Origin: Octopus vulgaris
Lineage: Eukaryota
Reading direction: 5' to 3'
Length of the DNA stretch: 64,000 nt
NCBI GenBank assembly: GCA_951406725.2
Contig: OX597816.1
Coordinates: forward strand, 121,024,001-121,088,000
The translations under genes and the position numbers were made by a program. Below are positions 52,228-64,000 of the stretch, piece by piece (the stretch's first letter is position 1; every line of letters begins with the position of its first letter). The notes beneath the pieces were generated by a model. It was not told the DNA's origin, did no database searches, and saw nothing but the letters and a program-made list of their open reading frames with translations.

Positions 52228-54745
52228 GTGTATAATACCACACAACCTCACAGACAACTCATACAAACAAAATTACACCCAACATTTTTTAGCCAGGGAC
52301 CAGGGACACCAGGACACAGGCTGGAACCTCGTAATAAGGAAAAACCGAAGATAATCAATCTTTCAACCAAACCTCTATCTAACATAAAAATTGACATCCT
52401 CGCAAAAGGGCTCAAATTTACACCAACTCCACGCAGAGCAAACCTAAATGAACTCAAGGATAATATAACAGAATTTTGCAGAAAATTAAGACTAGCAGAA
52501 GCATCAAACAGTTTCAATACTGAAGATGAATCACTAGTCAAGAACAAAAGTGAACACATCCCACACAGAGGAAGAAATAAAGATCTTGACGAATTCTGTA
52601 ACCACATTGAGAACTTCCCCTACCATACTATACATAAACAGAAAGCTAACCCAAATTTTAACACTACACAATGGAAAGAACTGATAGAACTCCAAAATGA
52701 TGAAGATATAACCATTAAGGAAGCGGACAAGGGAAATGCAGTTGTAATAATGGATACATCATACTACAGAAATCTTGTAATTTCCTTGCTTGATGAAGAC
52801 CTACATTATGAAAAAATTACCAACTACACCCCACAAAAAATAATGAAAACTCTATCTTCACTAATTAAAACCCATGAAAAGGAACTGACAACCAAAGAGA
52901 TTGATTTCCTAACAAACTTCAAATGCAAACCTAGCCTTTTCTATGGTCTACCAAAAATTCATAAAAGTCAAATTATAAATGAAACCATTAAAAAAATCAC
53001 CAAAGACATACATACACACACCTAATCCGGGGGACCTAAAACTACGACCCATTGTAGCTGGCCCAACCTGTGAAACACACAGACTAAGTCTACTTATGGA
53101 CATCCTCCTGAAACCCTTCCTTAAACATATCGATAGCCATATCAGAGATGACTTAGATATGTTAAACCACCTTCCAAAAAAAACCAAGGAAGAAACAATC
53201 CTGGTTTCATTTGATGTAGTCAACTTGTATACCAGTATACCTCACAATTATGGACTGGAGGCTATACAGTTCTGGTTAGACCAATTTCCGGAAGAAATAC
53301 CAAAAAGGATCAGTAAGGAATTCATTACTAAATCAATTGAATTCATCCTACACAATAACCACTTCATGTTTGACAATACATTTTACCGTCAAAAATCCGG
53401 AATTGCTATGGGTACAAGGGCAGCACCAGTCATTGCGAACTTAACAATGGGATACATGGAAATAATCATTTACCAGGAATCTCTATCAATCTTTGGAAAC
53501 TCCCTCTCTCAATACATAAAAGAGAATTGGAAACGATTCCTAGACGATTGTTTCATTCTCTGGAATGAAAACATAGATAAACTCCAAAAATTAAAAAACC
53601 TATTGAACAGCATAAACCCAAATATACAGTTCACAATGGAATACAACCAAAAGGAGCTCCCGTTCTTGGATATACTAATTAAAAAAATTAACCTTAAAAT
53701 AGAAACAGACATTTTTTACAAAGCCACAGACGCCAAACAATACCTTCTTTTTAATTCATGCCACCCAAGACACACTAAAACAAACATCCCCTTCAACCTT
53801 GCAAGAAGGATATGCACAATAGTGTCAGAACAAAATACCAGGAACTTTAAACTGCAAGAACTCAAAAACACCCTAGTTGACAGACATTACCCAGCTCAAC
53901 TCATAGAGGATGGGATCAGACGTGCAACAGAAATCAACATAGAAACTTTAAGAAAAGTTCAACACAACAACACACCTTCCCCGAAAATACTACCTTACAT
54001 ATCTACATACAACCCCAGAAACAAAGAAGCCTTCACCATCATCACCCAGAATTTACCAATACTTCATAAAAACCCAAAATTAAAGGAAATTCTAAACATA
54101 CACCAAATCATTAAAAGCTACAAACAGCCTAAATCACTTAAAAAGATTCTCACAAAGGCAAAATTGTCTTCTAAAATTACGGATGCAAAAGTAAAAAAAT
54201 GTGGTAGATCGAACTGTGCAACATGTCCTAACCTATTGGAAGGATCAGAATTCTTCTTTAAAGAGGGACAGAAATTCAAGATCAAATCTAACTTTACTTG
54301 TGCCTCTGAAAACATAATTTATGTCATTAAATGCTCGGGCTGCCACCAAGACTACGTGGGTTCCACGGGACTATCACTCAGGCGTAGATGCACACTGCAT
54401 CGACAACAGATTGCATTCCCAGAATATAGAATGATACCTTTTAGTGAGCACATTGAGAAATGCGCAAAGCAACTGCTGCCACAATTTTTAATCTTCCCAT
54501 TTTACCAATGTGCTTTCGGATCATCAACACAAATGAGACTGAACAAGGAAACATTCTTCATTGAAAAGTACAAACCCAGACTCAACCATCCGAACATACT
54601 GACACAGAGAAATGAACAAGGGAAAGGGAAAAACCATCCGAACATACTGACACAGAGAAATGAACAAGGGAAAAGGGAAAAAAAATTTTTAAGCGATTAT
54701 CTCCCTTACACCGGAAGAAATCACTCACTACCTCCCCTTATTTAG
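52228..54745 (+). pseudogene. PLE reverse transcriptase-GIY-YIG polyprotein, one frameshift near 52980-53025
   Basis: ILAKGLKFTP, IKEADKGNAVVIMD, FYGLPKIHK | LRPIVAG, LVSFDVVNLYTSIP, GIAMGT..AP..ANL, RFLDDCF, LPFLDI, CGRSNCATC, NIIYVIKCSGCHQDYVGST. Confidence 0.93.
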
Positions 54746-54801
54746 AAATCTCCTGAAAATAAATACAACGATAACTCCATGCAATATAAACATAACGTCA
54801 C

Positions 54802-54841
54802 AAGAAATTTGAAAAGCTACACGCGAAACCGGTAATTTCTT
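54802..54841 (+). ncRNA. Minimal hammerhead ribozyme, U3-A8 variant
   Basis: AAGAAAU-UUGAAAA-GC uacac GC-GAAA-CCGG-UA-AUUUCUU; perfect 7-bp stem I, palindromic ACCGGU stem III; starts 57 nt after the PLE stop codon. Confidence 0.75.
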
Positions 54842-55014
54842 TAAAAATTTTAAAATTATGTCATTTTAAGGAAAGGAAAAAAATTTTCCAATATTCTCCA
54901 GACATTTTGACACAAATATATATATTTTTTAACATTTAAGCCTTCTGTCGTTTTTTCACACTTTACTATTTTCTTATATATTCACCCACGTGCTTTACCA
55001 AACAAACTTTCTTA

Positions 55015-55074
<60 letters not shown>

Positions 55075-55676
55075 ACAACACATATATACGTCCAAATATA
55101 GATATAAGTTAATTTTGTGAATATATATGAGAGGCGCACTTGTTTATATACTTCCAATTATTGTATGATAACGTGCCTTTGTGGTGATGCAAAGAAAAAA
55201 ATAAACAACACTAGGAGACTTAAAGAAATTCATGTAGGTGTATTCTCTAGAAAGTATTAAATATAGTTCTCTTGGTCATGTTTACGGTGCTGCTGCTCTA
55301 TCCTCAAATGTTCCTACCTCTAAATTACATGCCATAAGCATTTACCTTAGTAAATCTATTAGTTGTTTATCACAAAGCACGACGTATGTTACGTCATGAA
55401 ACATCCGGTTAAGCAGCAAATCTACAAGAGCCGCTTCATCTTTCGTATAAAATGAATTTCCTTTGTTGTTCTATTAATATTTCAGATTATTTTCTATTAC
55501 GTTCTCCTCAGTTCTCTTGTGAATGGATCAAGAGCCAGACATTTGTGATAAATCGAGCAGATGCGAAGCATTGCTGAGAGTTCGGGTTCCCATTTAAATA
55601 TACAAGGGAGTTCTACAAACTTTGAATGTTGAGTATGAAAGCCCAGGATGGGTATATATGTATATATATATAAATG

Positions 55677-56231
55677 TACTTGGAAGTTGATGCGTGGGGT
55701 TCAATCATATAATAATATAAATAATATATAAAAAGGTATGCATATATACATATATATACATACATATATGCACATACATACATATACACACAAACGCGCG
55801 CGCACATATGCATATATGGGCACAGGGCGTCACAAAACTTGGGCATACAAACAACGAGAGAAACAAATGGAAAACAAAACAAGTAGCATAAAGAATGACC
55901 CTTCATCAGTTGTTGGCTATCTATCTACTCCTTATTTCGATCATTTAACGAGGATATGAGGCTTCGAGAACCAAAATATAATTTGGGATTTGCGGAGGGT
56001 CAAAGTTGGTAACAAAAACAGGACAGAGGAGACAAACCAATAGACCAGACAATGTAAGGTAGCGAACACTGGAGGAATATTGTGTTTGATAAGAGAAAAG
56101 ATAGAAGAGGAGACAGATAAGAATGCGTCTGGTCTGTACGACAGACTGAAGGAAGAGAAAGATGATTACGTGAGGAAAAGAAAGATAGACGATGGCCACG
56201 TGTGAGCAACGAGAGAGAGTAAAGGAGAAAG

Positions 56232-56286
<55 letters not shown>

Positions 56287-56457
56287 GATACACACACACA
56301 GATAGAAAAAAGGTGAAGGGGAGAAAAAAGAATTAGAGAAAGGAAGATAGAGAAAACGAAAGGAGAGAGAAAGACCAAAACAAGGTAGAGTCGCATAAAA
56401 ATTATTAAGATAAACTTACTTGGAAATAGATGCGTTGCGTTCAATCATATAATAATA

Positions 56458-56515
<58 letters not shown>

Positions 56516-56662
56516 TACAGAACGTCACAGAAGTAAACAACATGAAATACGAAATATGAAAGCATGAAATTCGAAGACAGACTTAGGTATGCAAACAACG
56601 AGAGAACCAAATGGAAAACAAGACAAGTAACAAAGAACGGCCCTTCATCAGTTGTCGTCTGT
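55677..56662 (-). mobile_element. ~740-bp-period partial tandem element with hammerhead motifs (retrozyme- or pLTR-like)
   Basis: 55677 matches 56417 and 55845-55915 matches 56589-56660; CUGAUGAAGGG at 55909 and 56651 on the minus strand. Confidence 0.65.
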
Positions 56663-56663
56663 A

Positions 56664-56730
<67 letters not shown>

Positions 56731-56749
56731 GTATGCACGTCTGTATATC

Positions 56750-56799
<50 letters not shown>

Positions 56800-57013
56800 T
56801 AATATACACACACATATATGTATATATATGTATGTGTGTGTGTGTGTATGTAGTCGTAGGCGTGGCTGTGTGTTAGGAAGCTTGTTTGCCAACCACATTG
56901 TTACATGGTTCCAGGTTCAGTCCGACTACGTTGAACCTTGGGCAGTTGTCTTGTACTATTGTGAGTGGATTTGGTAGACGGAAATTGAAAGACGTCCGTC
57001 GTGTGTGTGTATA

Positions 57014-57062
<49 letters not shown>

Positions 57063-57892
57063 TATAATAAATGCGAAAACTAATTTCTGTGTGTCAGTGT
57101 GTCACACTTAGACCCGTCCTCTCACTATTCAATGATACTCCTACTATTTCTCATGATGGGGTGAGAGTAATAGTAGGCACAGAGACGGTAAAGGCGTTGA
57201 CGAAGACAGAGAGAGAGAGCGAGAGAAAGAGAAACATAGAAATTTAGGGAGAGTTGATGATGTTTTATTAGAAGTAGTAGTATTATGGTGGCAATAAGAG
57301 TAATAATAAAAGGGAGAGAAAGAGTGGGTATATTTTTCAGCGATTTAAAGAGTTTGACTGTTATTTCCAGCAGGCAGACATACTTAGTATGTCGTTTGAT
57401 TAATTTTAATCCATATCCAATATAATAAACGTGAATGTCAGTGTGCCACACTTTATCAACCTTACTCCTAGAGGCTGTAGCCCAACATATCACACCATTT
57501 TGGAATCAGGCTGACTCCATGAGCAAATTATAGACATTCCGGGCCGAGTCCAGACCTGCAATCCTGAAATTTTGGATTCTTATATTTTCATTACTGCGAT
57601 TGTTTTCGGCGAATTTTTTTTACATGATCTGTTGCAACGAATATGATCATTATTTGGATACGACTCAACAAATTCCCCCAAACAAGTTAAAGATCTGCTT
57701 ACAGATCTTCCTATTAAAAGCCTCTCACACCTACCTACCCTGCAATGTTATTCTAAAGACAAAAATCCCGTAATCAAAACCTCCAGGCTAAAAGGTAATG
57801 CATAATTAATTCAAAACATTGTGTATCAATAAGTATTACCATTGACAGAATAATTTGAATGCTAAGGGGTTAAAATATATAACACTTTTAGA

Positions 57893-58102
57893 TACGAGTG
57901 GGTGCTGAAAAATTCCTGGCTTTGGGTAAAAGAAAATACAGGGTAATCAATTAATGATGTATTTGTTCAACGTATTCTTCTCTCAGATTCACATCCATAT
58001 TGCAGTTTTTCTGAGCCCTGTAAAAGAACTCGGAAAGTTGGGCTTCCAACCATGCCTTTTGCGATACGCTTAAAGCCAAGAACTTTTCAGCACCCTGTTG
58101 TA
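57893..58102. mobile_element. Mariner-type MITE with both TIRs
   Basis: tacgagtgggtgctgaaaattcctggcttt / aaagccaagaacttttcagcaccctgttgta. Confidence 0.75.
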
Positions 58103-58929
58103 CATATTTTAAATCGTTTTTTTCTATTCTCTATAAAGTTTACTGCGACTAAAACCTGTTTAGGGCCCACTACCTTAGATTTCTCCCTTTCTTCTCGGCA
58201 AACCTAACAATTTTCGCTTTCTTTTTCGTCGTTTATGCCAGAATCCTTTCTGGCAATATTCTCACGTTAAAATGAGAGTAGTAGGTTTTATTGCTATTTT
58301 ACAATTTCGGTCAGGAGTAAAAAGGGACAGTGCCCATAACTTTCACAGGCCCTAAGAGATTGATGTTGTGATCGAAACGACTACTGTTTAGTTTGAACAT
58401 CCGTTAATCTATGTCTCTGCTTGCAGAGGGGGGAAAAAGAGAAAAGAAAAAGAAGTGGGCGGAAAGGAATTCCAGCAGTGGGTTGACGCTTTGGAAATTG
58501 AGAGGTGGGAGTAAAATGGTTAGTGGCGGGAAGAACGTGTTACACAGTGTAGCTGAATAAAAGAGGAGAGACAAGTGTGTCAGATGGGTCAGGGAAGAGG
58601 CGGTAAGCAATAAATAACCTTGTATTTAGCTTTCCGTCCCTACCTGTAAGACACGAACATCTTACCCATAGTTTATTAGTTGTTTATCACAACGTTTCTT
58701 CATGTTACGTCATTCAACATCCGGTTGTACAATAAAGCTACACGAGATGATTACAGAGGAATCTCAGCTAGGGTTTCAGTTACGTTGTCACTGATTGCTT
58801 ACAGTTCATTTATGAGAGGGCTTGATAACTTTTACTTGAGTTGGATGTTGGAAGCTAATAAGTTGTTTTTGTTGTTGTTGCTGTTGCTGCTGCTGCTGCT
58901 ATTGTTGATGTTGTTGTTGCTGTAGTTAT

Positions 58930-59315
58930 TAAGGCGCCGTGCTGGATGAATCATGAGCACGCAGGGCGAAATGCTTTGCGGTATTTCGTCTGCCGCTACG
59001 TTCTGAGTTCAAATTCCGCCGAGGTCGACTTTGCCTTTCATCTTTTCGGGGTCGATTAAATAAGTACCAGTTACGCACTGGGGTCGATATAATCGACTTA
59101 ATCCGTTTGTCTGTCTTTGCTTGTCCTCTCTTGTAGGTAGTAAAGAAATAGGTATTTCGCATGTCTCTACGTTGTGAGTTCAAATTCTGCCGAGGTCGAC
59201 TTTGCCTTTCATCCTTTCGGGGTCGATTGAATAAGTACTAGTTATGCACTGGAGTCGATGTAATCGACTTAATCCCTTCCCCCAAATTCGAGGCCTTGTG
59301 CTTCCGGTAGAAAAG

Positions 59316-59380
<65 letters not shown>

Positions 59381-59790
59381 GACAGCATGCTGGCTGAATC
59401 GTTAGCACGCCAGGCGAAATGCTTAGCAGTATTTCGCCCGGCGGGCGCTACGTTCTGAGTTCAAATTCCGCCGAGGTCCGGTGTGCCTTTCATCCTTTCG
59501 GGGCCGATTGAATAATTACTAGTTATGCACTGGGGGGGGGTCAATGTATTCGACAATCCCACCCCACAAATGAAAAAAAATCAAGCCTTGTGCCTATTGT
59601 AGAAAGGATTATTATTATTATTGAGGCAGAGGGCCAAAAATTTTGAAGAGTGGAGGTAGTCGATTACATTGACTTTAGTACTTGATTGCAACTTTAATTT
59701 AGAGAACCCGGATGGATCAAAGGGAAAGTTAACTTTGGCAGTGTTTGAGAAGGCAAAGAGCCGGAATAAATGCCGCAAAGCCTTTTTCTC
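58930..59790. mobile_element. Cluster of SINE family A copies around (TTA)n
   Basis: Dimer 58930-59310 (+), copy 59379-59610 (+), degenerate copy 59620-59790 (-). Confidence 0.85.
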
Positions 59791-59939
59791 CGAACATCTA
59801 GCTGTGAGCTACTGATCCATAGCACCAGAATAATAACATACTTCTACCTCGAGGATGACCATCTTGTGTAGTCCAACATGAAGTGATTTATTATATAAGA
59901 TTGTCTTCTTTATCGTTTTATCTCACTATCTTTTTACTG

Positions 59940-60335
59940 TTTGACATGTTTCAGTCATTTCACTGCGGCCATGCTGGAGCACCGCCTTTAGTCGAGAAAA
60001 TTGACCCCAGGACTTATTCTTTATAAGCCTAGTACTTATTCTATCGGTCTCTTTTGCCGAACCGCTAAGTTACGGGGACGTAAACACACCAGCATCGATT
60101 GTCAAGCGATGTTCGGGGGACAAACACAGACACACATACATGCATACATGCTTACATACATACATATATACGAAGGGCTTCTTTTCAGTTTACGTCTACC
60201 AAATCCACTCACAAGGCTTTGATCGGCCCGAGGCTATAGTAGAAGACACTTGCCCAAGGTGTCGCGCAGTGGGACTGAACCCGGAACCATGTGGCTGGTA
60301 ATCAAGCTACTTACCATACAGCCACTCCGGCACCT
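59940..60335 (-). mobile_element. SINE family B, full length
   Basis: Family B head through tail. Confidence 0.9.
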
Positions 60336-60896
60336 ATCCAGTTTATTTTTATATGACAGTTTTTAAGGTGAACTGTAATCAAACAGGCCAACACAGCTTT
60401 TAGTATGTCATTAACCAATGAATTTTTATTTAAGGTGGTGGGATGCGATTTAAAGGAGATTTGAGTGATTACTGTAGTTATGTATCATTTAACTTGACAA
60501 TTTTGATAAAATTATCTCTGATTATAGTAAGCAGTTTCCACTGTAACAGATTAACAATTTTACAGACTGTTTTAGGTACAGCATTACAATAAACAGAACT
60601 GTATCAACATAATTCAATTTTTATTCTTCTTTCGGTATAAACGCTGTAGTTTATTTTACTTGCCATATCATATTAGGTGTATATAATTTTGACACCGTAA
60701 TAATAGATGAAATTTGGATATTGAGATAAACAGAGCACCAAGATTTTGTTTTTGATTAGTCAGTATCTATGACCTCGGCAGACTCCTCCCCTTGTCTGGC
60801 GAGATCGAAGCAGTTGGTCTTTTGATTTCAGTAAAGCTGAGTAGTGAAGGAACCTCATGAACATCTTCAGGTGTTGATCCACGAATCTCGTGAGAT

Positions 60897-61089
60897 TCAG
60901 GGATATACAACAGGAAAGTTTCTCTTCAAATCACAGATGTGAGTAAGGCTTTCTTTTTCTGGAAGACTAACAGTATGTGAAGCTCCTCTCTCTAAACTTC
61001 CGTTGTTATCCAAGAGAAAGTCAAAAACCGAATACATTTTGAGACGGGCGAATTCAGATCGTAAAGAATCAGGAAAGCCACCACAAAGC
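60897..61089 (-). other. Possible terminal exon or unrecognised coding relic
   Basis: Unique sequence; cttcag| then 63 open codons (LCGGFPDSLRSEFARLK...NFPVVYP*); weak acceptor, no recognised homology. Confidence 0.18.
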
Positions 61090-62579
61090 CTGAAGTTTTA
61101 ACAATTTCACTAATTCGCTGCCCTAGACTGGCACTTTATTCATCGACCCAGGAAGGACGACGGGTAAAGTTAACGAGATTCGAATTCAAAGCACGGAGAG
61201 CCGGACCAATTAACACAAACCATTCTATGCAATGCTGTAAACTACTCTATCAATTGGCAAATGAAGAAGATGCGCACATATTTCTTTATCAACATGAAAA
61301 CTGACTTTTATCGTTGTTGCTGCTATAGAAACATCTGTTTGACTCCACTTGACCTGATCTACGGTATAGACGCTGTTGTTATCGAAACATTTAGGATCAA
61401 CCCCCGTGTTCAGCCTTCTGACACATAAAGTATTTGGGTATATGGCAGTTAATTTCAGTTGTACAACGATCTAACTGTGGCTCCAGAAATTTAGGTTGCG
61501 GCTGGTTAACACAAGTTACCCTTGATCCAACCAACAGACTTGTCTAATCAAAGGTGCTTTATTTATAACCACTCTGTCTTTTACATAGCACAAACTACAT
61601 TGTCTTCTATATCTATCTTTGTTCAGTAAGCTAACCATTTGCCTGCCCCATGTATCATATATGATACACAGGGCAAATTTCTCTGGCGTCCATGCACAAT
61701 ATATGATACACATTCTCAATTTTCTTCAACCATCTGAGTAACATGAGACTTATAAAAGAAAAGCTTTATATTACTCAGAACATAGAAAACAAGGGCTAAT
61801 CAAGCATGGAAACAACTTGGGCGTTTAGGAAAAATTTATGAAAATATTTTGGACGGTAAAAGGGCTAAAATGTAATTTGAGGATGATTTCACTGTTGTTT
61901 TTATCAGATGGAACAACAATGTAAGGGTCACATTGTTCGGTGGTAATATTAGGTTCAAACGATCTATGTAAGATTTACAATGATAGGACTTGAAGTTAAT
62001 TCGTGGATAAGCCTGTTTTAATCCACAATTCTATAATTTGCGCTATGAACTATATGTGTAGTTATGGATTCGTTTGGGATGACTACCAAGTGTTTAGAAC
62101 TAAAGCACTTAAGATCGGTCGGAAATTAAATCCCATTGATTGCCTCGGATCTAATTATTTTCATTCGCAACATATGCATTTTTTAAAAGACAGTAAAAAA
62201 ATATGAAAATCGGCTATGATAATATAGTTTTCTAGTCTTATTGCTATGAATGTATGATGTTGTAGAGAAAAAAATTGGAGGAAAAAGTTACAGAGATTTA
62301 AAAATCGACCCCCCCCAAAAAAAAACAAACAAACAAAACTGTGTATTTCTATATTTCTAACAAAGAGCGAGACAGAAATTTTCTGCGTTTAGCGGAGCGG
62401 TGTCAACTTTAGGGCTGTACCCTGTGAAATTTATAGTTTAGCGTCTGTGAAATGACCTGTTCATTGTAGGTTTCTAAATAAACAGAAATACCTAATAATA
62501 TCAACGTATATCATCTTAATCTTTCTTTTATCTCTTCATTGATTGTATGTATTTATTATTTCTTTTAAAATTTGTTATA

Positions 62580-63841
62580 TTATCAGGTCATACCATAAGT
62601 TCTGTCCGATTTTATCTTTTTTAAAATTGAATGAAATTTAATAGTATTTTAGAATGTCTAATGGAATTAAAAATTATTTTTATGCATTTGTGTACATTTA
62701 AACTAATTAAATATTATTTTACAGAATAATAGAATTAAAATTTCTTTGATTAAAACCATTTCTAACATGGAAGTATCCAAAGAGCATTTGAGGCACATAA
62801 TGCTTTATGAGTACAAAAAAGGAAACTCTGCAGCCGAAGCAACTCGAAACATACACTCAATTTATGGGAAAGAATGCTTGAATGAAAGAACTTGCAGAAG
62901 ATGGTTTGCAAAATTCAGAAGTGGAGATTTCAGCCTTGAAGATGAAGATCGAACAGTACGTCCAGTTGAATTTGATGAAACTCCTGCATTATCAGTTGAA
63001 GAATTGGCAATAAAGCTTAGTTCAAGCCATACAATTGTTCATCGTAATCTTCAACAATTTGGAAAGGGCCCTAAACTTGGAAAATGGGTGCCTCATGAAT
63101 TGTCCGAAAGCAACCGCAATCCCGAGTTGTCATCTGCTCTTCTCTCCATTCTCGCGAACTCATTTCACCCTTTTTGGATAGACTTGTGACTGGTGACGAA
63201 AAATGGATCTTCTATCGAAATGTTAAGCGTCGTAAACAGTGGTTTGGTAAAAGGGAAAAAGCTCAACCACAACTGAGAAAGGAACTTCATGAGAAAATGG
63301 TTCTTCTCTCTATCTGGTGGGATTGCAAAGGAGTAATTCACTTTGAATTGTTACCACCTAATACAAAAATCAATGCTCAAGTCTACTGTCAGCAATTAGA
63401 GCGTTTGAACCAAGCTCTGAAGGAAAAAAGATCTGTTTTAGTGAATCGAAAAGGAGTAATGTTTCATCAGGACAATGTGCGACCCCACACTGCAAAGATC
63501 ACACCACAGAAGATCGAAAAGCTTGGTTGGGAAAAAATTCCTCCTCCACCTTATTCTCCCGACTTTGCTCCTTCAGACTACCATTTGTTTCGTAGTTTAC
63601 AGTATCATTTGGGGGAACAACTTTTGCAAGCCAGGAGGAGGTCGAAACTGACATTTCAGAGTTCTTCGCTTTGAAACCAAAAGAGATTTACATTGATGGG
63701 ATTAAAAAGCTTGTAAATAGATGGAAGGAAGTCATAGATAATCAGGGAAAGTACGTTGATGATTAAATTTAAATTAAATATATTTGATCTCTTGTTTTCT
63801 TTATTCAAAATTTGGACAGAACTTATGGGATGGCCTGATAA
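62580..63841 (+). mobile_element. Full-length degenerate mariner transposon (D,D34D)
   Basis: TIRs TTATCAGGTCATACCATAAGTTCTGTCC / GGACAGAACTTATGGGATGGCCTGATAA; WVPHEL, VTGDEKW, HQDNVRPH and YSPDFAPSDY motifs; at least two frameshifts. Confidence 0.95.
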
Positions 63842-64000
63842 AATTTTTGTCTGCAAGCGTATTCCAGTATTATGTATACTTGTGATGTATTTGTATACAT
63901 CGTTAATATATGAGTGTGTGTGTGTGTGTGTGCGTGAAGGGGTGGGGGTCTGTCTCCAAAACTTCAAAGTTGAGTAACGTTTACATGCTTGGATTTGTAA

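Larger units (their letters stand above)
51538..54900 (+). mobile_element. Neptune-type Penelope-like retroelement, near full length
   Basis: RT + GIY-YIG ORF, 3' hammerhead motif, duplicated 5' segment, (TA)n nearby on both sides. Confidence 0.93.

Noticed and set aside
58344-58390. Hammerhead-like CCTAAGA..GATC-GAAA-CGAC-TA
   Set aside because: Core and stem I are too degenerate to support a call.

Overview
AT-rich, repeat-saturated animal genomic DNA. The SINE families and the very high microsatellite density look like an octopod cephalopod (Octopus-like); this is recognition, not a database result. Nearly all ORFs in the supplied track are microsatellite artefacts. The real coding remnants are transposons: a nearly intact Neptune-type Penelope-like element (PLE; RT + GIY-YIG, one frameshift, ~52.2-54.7 kb), a second 5'-truncated PLE, R4/Dong, L1/Tx1 and RTE LINE fragments, Tc1, mariner and hAT relics, MITEs, a Helitron end and dozens of tRNA-derived SINEs. 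A CRE + RFX X-box promoter with a short ATG exon (~2.1-2.3 kb) and a few isolated exon candidates suggest that much of the window is intron of an unidentified host gene. The most unusual signal is a collection of hammerhead ribozyme (HHR) motifs in short, microsatellite-embedded, probably PLE-derived elements. (i) A fully paired HHR whose three core strands are in the reverse cyclic order (UH, GAAA, CUGAUGA), which no type I/II/III permutation gives and which implies a pseudoknotted or strand-swapped dimeric fold; a second family in a 740-bp tandem has the same order. (ii) Four unrelated head-to-head, two-strand HHR pairs. (iii) Core variants (U3-A8, A6U, extra A after A9). All ribozyme calls were folded by eye and are untested.
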